From Faecalimonas sp. (GTDB taxonomy: Bacteria; Bacillota; Clostridia; Lachnospirales; Lachnospiraceae), in the NCBI GenBank assembly GCA_029264305.1, contig JARICA010000021.1, forward strand, positions 35,866 through 99,865: a stretch of DNA of 64,000 bases. The letters run 5' to 3'. Positions 60,300 to 64,000 of the stretch are shown in pieces. The position numbers were made by a program, and so were the translations under genes. Below the pieces are notes generated by a model. The model searched no databases. It was given only the letters and a program-made list of their open reading frames with translations, and was not told the DNA's origin. How positions within the stretch are numbered: position 1 is the stretch's first letter; each line of letters opens with the position of its first letter.

Positions 60300-60842
60300 A
60301 TGGGAACTTGGAATTCGAGAGGGCTTCGAGGTTCTACCTTAGAAGACTTTATTAATAGAACGAATGAAAGATATTTGGAAAAAGGGCTAGCGTTAATACA
60401 AAAAATTCCAACGCCAATTACTCCGGTAAGAATAGATAAAGAACATCGGCATATTACTTTGGCATATTTTGAACAACAAAGTACGGTAGATTATATTGGA
60501 GCAGTGCAGGGAATCCCCATTTGCTTTGATGCAAAAGAATGTGGTTCAGACACATTTCCTTTACAAAATATACATGATCATCAAGTTACATTTATGAAAA
60601 ATTTTGAGAAGCAGGGTGGAATTGCTTTTTTACTGATTTATTATAGTGAAAAAAATATTTTGTATTATATGCGTTTAAAAGAGTTGTTACAATACTGGCA
60701 GCGATCCTTAAATGGAGGGAGAAAAAGTTTTCGATTTGATGAATTAGATAGAGAGTTTTTTTTGCCTCTTTCTAATGGTTGTTTTGTTCCATATTTAAAT
60801 GCTATACAAAAAGATTTGGATATGAGGGAAATCTCTGATTAG
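60300..60842 (+). CDS. recU: Holliday junction resolvase RecU
   Basis: RGSTLE, IQKIPTP, STVDYIG, FDAKE, IHDHQ. Confidence 0.92.
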   Translation: MGTWNSRGLRGSTLEDFINRTNERYLEKGLALIQKIPTPITPVRIDKEHRHITLAYFEQQSTVDYIGAVQGIPICFDAKECGSDTFPLQNIHDHQVTFMKNFEKQGGIAFLLIYYSEKNILYYMRLKELLQYWQRSLNGGRKSFRFDELDREFFLPLSNGCFVPYLNAIQKDLDMREISD

Positions 60843-60855
60843 ATAGGAGAAAAAT

Positions 60856-62109
60856 ATGAGTTATAAAAGACTAATTCCATGTATATTTATATATAATGGA
60901 AAAGCGGTAAAATGGTTTCAAGATAAAGATGTTGTTTCTGAAAATGTAGTTGAATTAGCACAATATTATAGCGAACAAGGTGCTGATGAATTGCTTGTGT
61001 TTGATTTATCTGATAGCGATGAAGAGCATACGGAATCCATAGAATTAATACAGAAGATAAATAGAGTGATTCCTATACCAATGATTGCTGGAGGAAATAT
61101 AAAACGATTGGAAGATGTAAAAAGGCTATTATATACAGGTGTAAAACGTGTCATGTTAAATTTTTCAAAATCAGATATGTTTTCATTAGCGCAAGAAGCA
61201 TCAAATCGATTTGGAAAAGAAAAGATCGCAGTTTCTTTAAATGATTTTGATGCATTATTTAAGCAACAGCAATTGATTGAAGAATATAGTAGTGAATTGA
61301 TTTTTATGCATCGGTTAGATTTGAATTCGGTGATGAATATAACAAATATTCCATGCATTATTGTGACCGATACAGAATCGGAAGAAGAGTTATTTAATAT
61401 ACTTAGATGTCCAGGGGTAAAAGGACTTTCAGGTCGATTTGTAAGCAATGTAAAAATGCAATTATCTGATTTTAAAGATAAGTGTGCGGAAAGGGATATT
61501 AAAATAACTTCTTTTGAAAGTCTTATGGATTTTTCGGAATTTCATATTCATACAAATGGGAGCATTTCTGTTATTACACAAGATTATAAAACAGGAGAAA
61601 TTTTGTCTGTACGAAAAATGAATCGAGAAGCTTTTGAAACAACTGTTAAAACGGGGAAAATGACTTATTATAGTCCGGATTTAGATTGTATAGAAAGTAA
61701 GCAAAATCAATATGTAAAATCTATGACGGTTAACGAAACTAGAGATACCTTACTTGCCAAAATTGATTTTCGAGAAAAAACAGAAACATATTTCACACAA
61801 TCTTTAATTGGAAGTGATGAAAGCAAAAAAGATCCTATGCAAATATTTGAATATGTATATCAAACCATTTTGGATAGAAAACAGAATCCTAAAGAAGATT
61901 CATATACTACATATTTATTTGACAAAGGACTTGATAAAATTTTAAAAAAAATAGGTGAAGAAGCAACGGAAATTGTAATTGCTGCTAAAAACCCAAATCA
62001 AGATGAATTAAAAAGTGAATTTGTAGATTTCCTATATCATGCTATGGTGCTTATGGTAGAAAGAAATGTAACTTGGGAAGAGTTGACAGAAGAAATGGCA
62101 AAACGATAA
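60856..62109 (+). CDS. hisIE: HisF-like barrel + degenerate HisI + HisE fusion
   Basis: N-terminal KRLIPCIFI/DELLVFDL/AGGNI barrel; QDYKTGEIL..MNREA..T..TGKMTYYS HisI remnant; SYTTYLFDKGLDKILKKIGEEATE..DFLYH HisE. Confidence 0.8.
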   Translation: MSYKRLIPCIFIYNGKAVKWFQDKDVVSENVVELAQYYSEQGADELLVFDLSDSDEEHTESIELIQKINRVIPIPMIAGGNIKRLEDVKRLLYTGVKRVMLNFSKSDMFSLAQEASNRFGKEKIAVSLNDFDALFKQQQLIEEYSSELIFMHRLDLNSVMNITNIPCIIVTDTESEEELFNILRCPGVKGLSGRFVSNVKMQLSDFKDKCAERDIKITSFESLMDFSEFHIHTNGSISVITQDYKTGEILSVRKMNREAFETTVKTGKMTYYSPDLDCIESKQNQYVKSMTVNETRDTLLAKIDFREKTETYFTQSLIGSDESKKDPMQIFEYVYQTILDRKQNPKEDSYTTYLFDKGLDKILKKIGEEATEIVIAAKNPNQDELKSEFVDFLYHAMVLMVERNVTWEELTEEMAKR

Positions 62110-62126
62110 ATTCTAAAAAACGAAAG

Positions 62127-62162
62127 AGGACATATACTTTATTAGGAGTATATGTCCTTTTT
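62127..62162 (+). terminator. Intrinsic terminator
   Basis: AGGACATATACT-N8-AGTATATGTCCT plus T run. Confidence 0.85.
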
Positions 62163-62201
62163 GTTGTGGTTTTAGAAAAATGCGAGAATGGAGATGAAAA
62201 A

Positions 62202-62480
62202 ATGAATGAAGTTGAAAGAAGGAGACGGCAACTTTTGGAGGAAACAAGAAAAAAATATGGGGATTCAAAAATGGTTCCCGCAATTCATCCACGATATGGA
62301 TCTATTTATTCAGATTTGTATGAAGAGAAGGAAGAAAAAAGTAGTGGATTATTTTTGCGAATAATTATTGCTGTTTTGTTATTTGCTTTATTTATAGTGA
62401 TGGATTACAGTGGAGAAAAAGTAGCTAAGGTTGATAGTAAACGAATTGTGGAAGCGATACAGGAAGAAATGAGTGAATAA
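62202..62480 (+). CDS. Small single-TM hypothetical protein
   Basis: ATG after GGAGA; PAIHPRYGSIY followed by one hydrophobic helix. Confidence 0.65.
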   Translation: MNEVERRRRQLLEETRKKYGDSKMVPAIHPRYGSIYSDLYEEKEEKSSGLFLRIIIAVLLFALFIVMDYSGEKVAKVDSKRIVEAIQEEMSE

Positions 62481-62482
62481 AG

Positions 62483-62511
62483 TTGCAGTTTGCAAAAGAG
62501 ATTTGTATAAT
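62483..62511 (+). promoter_or_regulatory. sigmaA promoter of the aldo/keto reductase
   Basis: TTGCAG-17 bp-TATAAT. Confidence 0.55.
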
Positions 62512-62564
62512 GAAATATAAGTGAAAATGCATTTTATAAAGTACGAATTGAAGGAGAGAATACA

Positions 62565-63677
62565 ATGATTTATAAAGAGTTTAAAGATGGAATTCAATTA
62601 TCTAGATTGGGAATGGGAACCATGCGATTACCTATTTTGGATAAAGATAATACGAAAATTGATTATGAAAAAGCGACAAAATTAATTGACGATTGTATGA
62701 AAAAAGGAATTAATTATTACGATACTGCATACATTTACCACGGTGGAAAATCTGAAGAATTTCTAGGAAAAGCATTAGCCAAATACCCACGTGAAAGTTA
62801 TTACATAACTGATAAATATAATTTTCAAGCAGAACCTGATTACCGAAAACAATTTAAAGAACAATTGTTACGTTTAAATGTGGATACAATAGACTTTTAT
62901 TTACTTCACAGTATACAGGATGCATTTGCAGATGAGATGGTTGGAAATGGGTGTATTGAATATTTTGATCAGATGAAAAAGGAAGGAAAAATCAAATATT
63001 TAGGCTTTTCTTTTCATGGTTCTCCAAAAGTAATGAAAAAATTATTACCGTTGTATTCGTGGGATTTTGTACAAATTCAATTGAATTATTATGATTGGTA
63101 TTTTGAAGATGCGAAAGAGTTATATGAAATGCTTGCTGAAGCTAGTATTCCAGTTATGGTCATGGAACCAGTACATGGTGGATTATTAGCAAATTTAACA
63201 GAAGATGCAGTAAAAGAATTGCAAAAATTGAATGGGAAAAAATCAATTGCTTCGTGGGCGATGCGCTGGGTGATGGATTTGGATTGTGTACAGGTTGTGT
63301 TAAGTGGAATGTCAGATCAGAATCAAGTGGATGATAATGTAAAGACATTTTCAGAAGCAATTCCTTTGACGGAAGAAGAGAAGGGAAAAATTGAGAAGGC
63401 TGCAGAAATTCAACATGCAGCAATTACGATACCATGTACAGCATGTAATTATTGTACGCCAAATTGTCCTAAAGGACTAGATATTCCTAAATTATTAAAG
63501 TGCTACAATGAAGCAAAGGTTGGTGGTGCATGGAGAGTTCGCTATTTGAAAAATTTACCTCAAGCGAAAGGACCATCAGGTTGTATAGGATGCAAAGTCT
63601 GTACAAAACATTGTCCTCAAGGATTTGATATTCCTAATTATATGAATGAGTTATCTGAAATGCTAAAAAATTTATAG
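62565..63677 (+). CDS. Aldo/keto reductase with C-terminal 4Fe-4S domain
   Basis: LGMGTMRLP, DTAYIY, VMEPVHGG, CTACNYC..CP, CIGCKVCTKHCPQ. Confidence 0.9.
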   Translation: MIYKEFKDGIQLSRLGMGTMRLPILDKDNTKIDYEKATKLIDDCMKKGINYYDTAYIYHGGKSEEFLGKALAKYPRESYYITDKYNFQAEPDYRKQFKEQLLRLNVDTIDFYLLHSIQDAFADEMVGNGCIEYFDQMKKEGKIKYLGFSFHGSPKVMKKLLPLYSWDFVQIQLNYYDWYFEDAKELYEMLAEASIPVMVMEPVHGGLLANLTEDAVKELQKLNGKKSIASWAMRWVMDLDCVQVVLSGMSDQNQVDDNVKTFSEAIPLTEEEKGKIEKAAEIQHAAITIPCTACNYCTPNCPKGLDIPKLLKCYNEAKVGGAWRVRYLKNLPQAKGPSGCIGCKVCTKHCPQGFDIPNYMNELSEMLKNL

Positions 63678-63706
63678 AACTATATAATTCAATAAGAATT
63701 AAAATA

Positions 63707-63740
63707 AAAGACAGTGTTTCTAGTAAGAGACACTGTCTTT
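63707..63740. terminator. Bidirectional terminator
   Basis: AAAGACAGTGTTTC-tagtaa-GAGACACTGTCTTT between convergent genes. Confidence 0.85.
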
Positions 63741-63751
63741 CGTGTTTGCTT

Positions 63752-64000
63752 TTATTTTGCGTTTAATGTACAATTTTCGAAAGCTTTGGTTACTGGGACT
63801 TCAGCACATATAGAAGCGTTTTCAATCTCGATAGAATATGTTTTGTGAATTAAACAATTTACAGGGTCTTCTGTGGCAATAACTATAGCAAGACGATGTC
63901 CTGGTTCTATAGTGTATCTTGTTGCATTTAGATATATATGGTAATCGTGATAGTCTCCCTTTTTCAACTGAATACTATTTGTTGCTGTTTCGGGTTCATA
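63752..64000 (-). CDS. pepX: C-terminal end of Xaa-Pro dipeptidyl-peptidase (PepX-like); remainder outside window
   Basis: Frame is open from 64000: YEPETATNSIQLKKGDYHDYHIYLNATRYTIEPGHRLAIVIATED. Confidence 0.65.
   Translation of the reverse strand, partial: YEPETATNSIQLKKGDYHDYHIYLNATRYTIEPGHRLAIVIATEDPVNCLIHKTYSIEIENASICAEVPVTKAFENCTLNAK

Overview
Low-GC, spore-forming Clostridia chromosome segment (gene order and proteins look Lachnospiraceae-like). It is mostly a housekeeping backbone: nrdAB, rpsT-gpr-spoIIP, topoisomerase IV, rimP-nusA-infB-rbfA-truB-ribF-rpsO, pyrH-frr-uppS-cdsA-dxr-rseP, rsmD-coaD, RNA-modification genes and recU. Sporulation genes include gpr, spoIIP, sleC-like, ylbJ and lytH-like, some with recognisable sigmaE/sigmaF-type promoters. 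There are two accessory zones. (1) 18.0-20.2 kb: two decayed, directly repeated IS200 tnpA pieces flank a nuclease-like pseudogene fragment and an NfeD-like membrane gene. (2) 33.8-48.2 kb: a promoter/micro-ORF/hairpin unit, a Bce-type two-component system with ABC transporter, a large serine recombinase with a small partner gene, an XRE-SdpI fusion, and a four-gene lipoprotein/ABC cassette preceded by a perfect 46-bp palindrome. The most promising leads are a putative phospho-headgroup-transfer lipid operon (Aur1-like PAP2 + LPG-synthase-TM + PssA + Psd), the recombinase-linked cassette and its palindromic leader, and a HisF-like/HisI/HisE fusion whose HisI active site has decayed. No rRNA, tRNA or CRISPR array was seen. 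All family assignments come from motif recognition by eye, not database searches.
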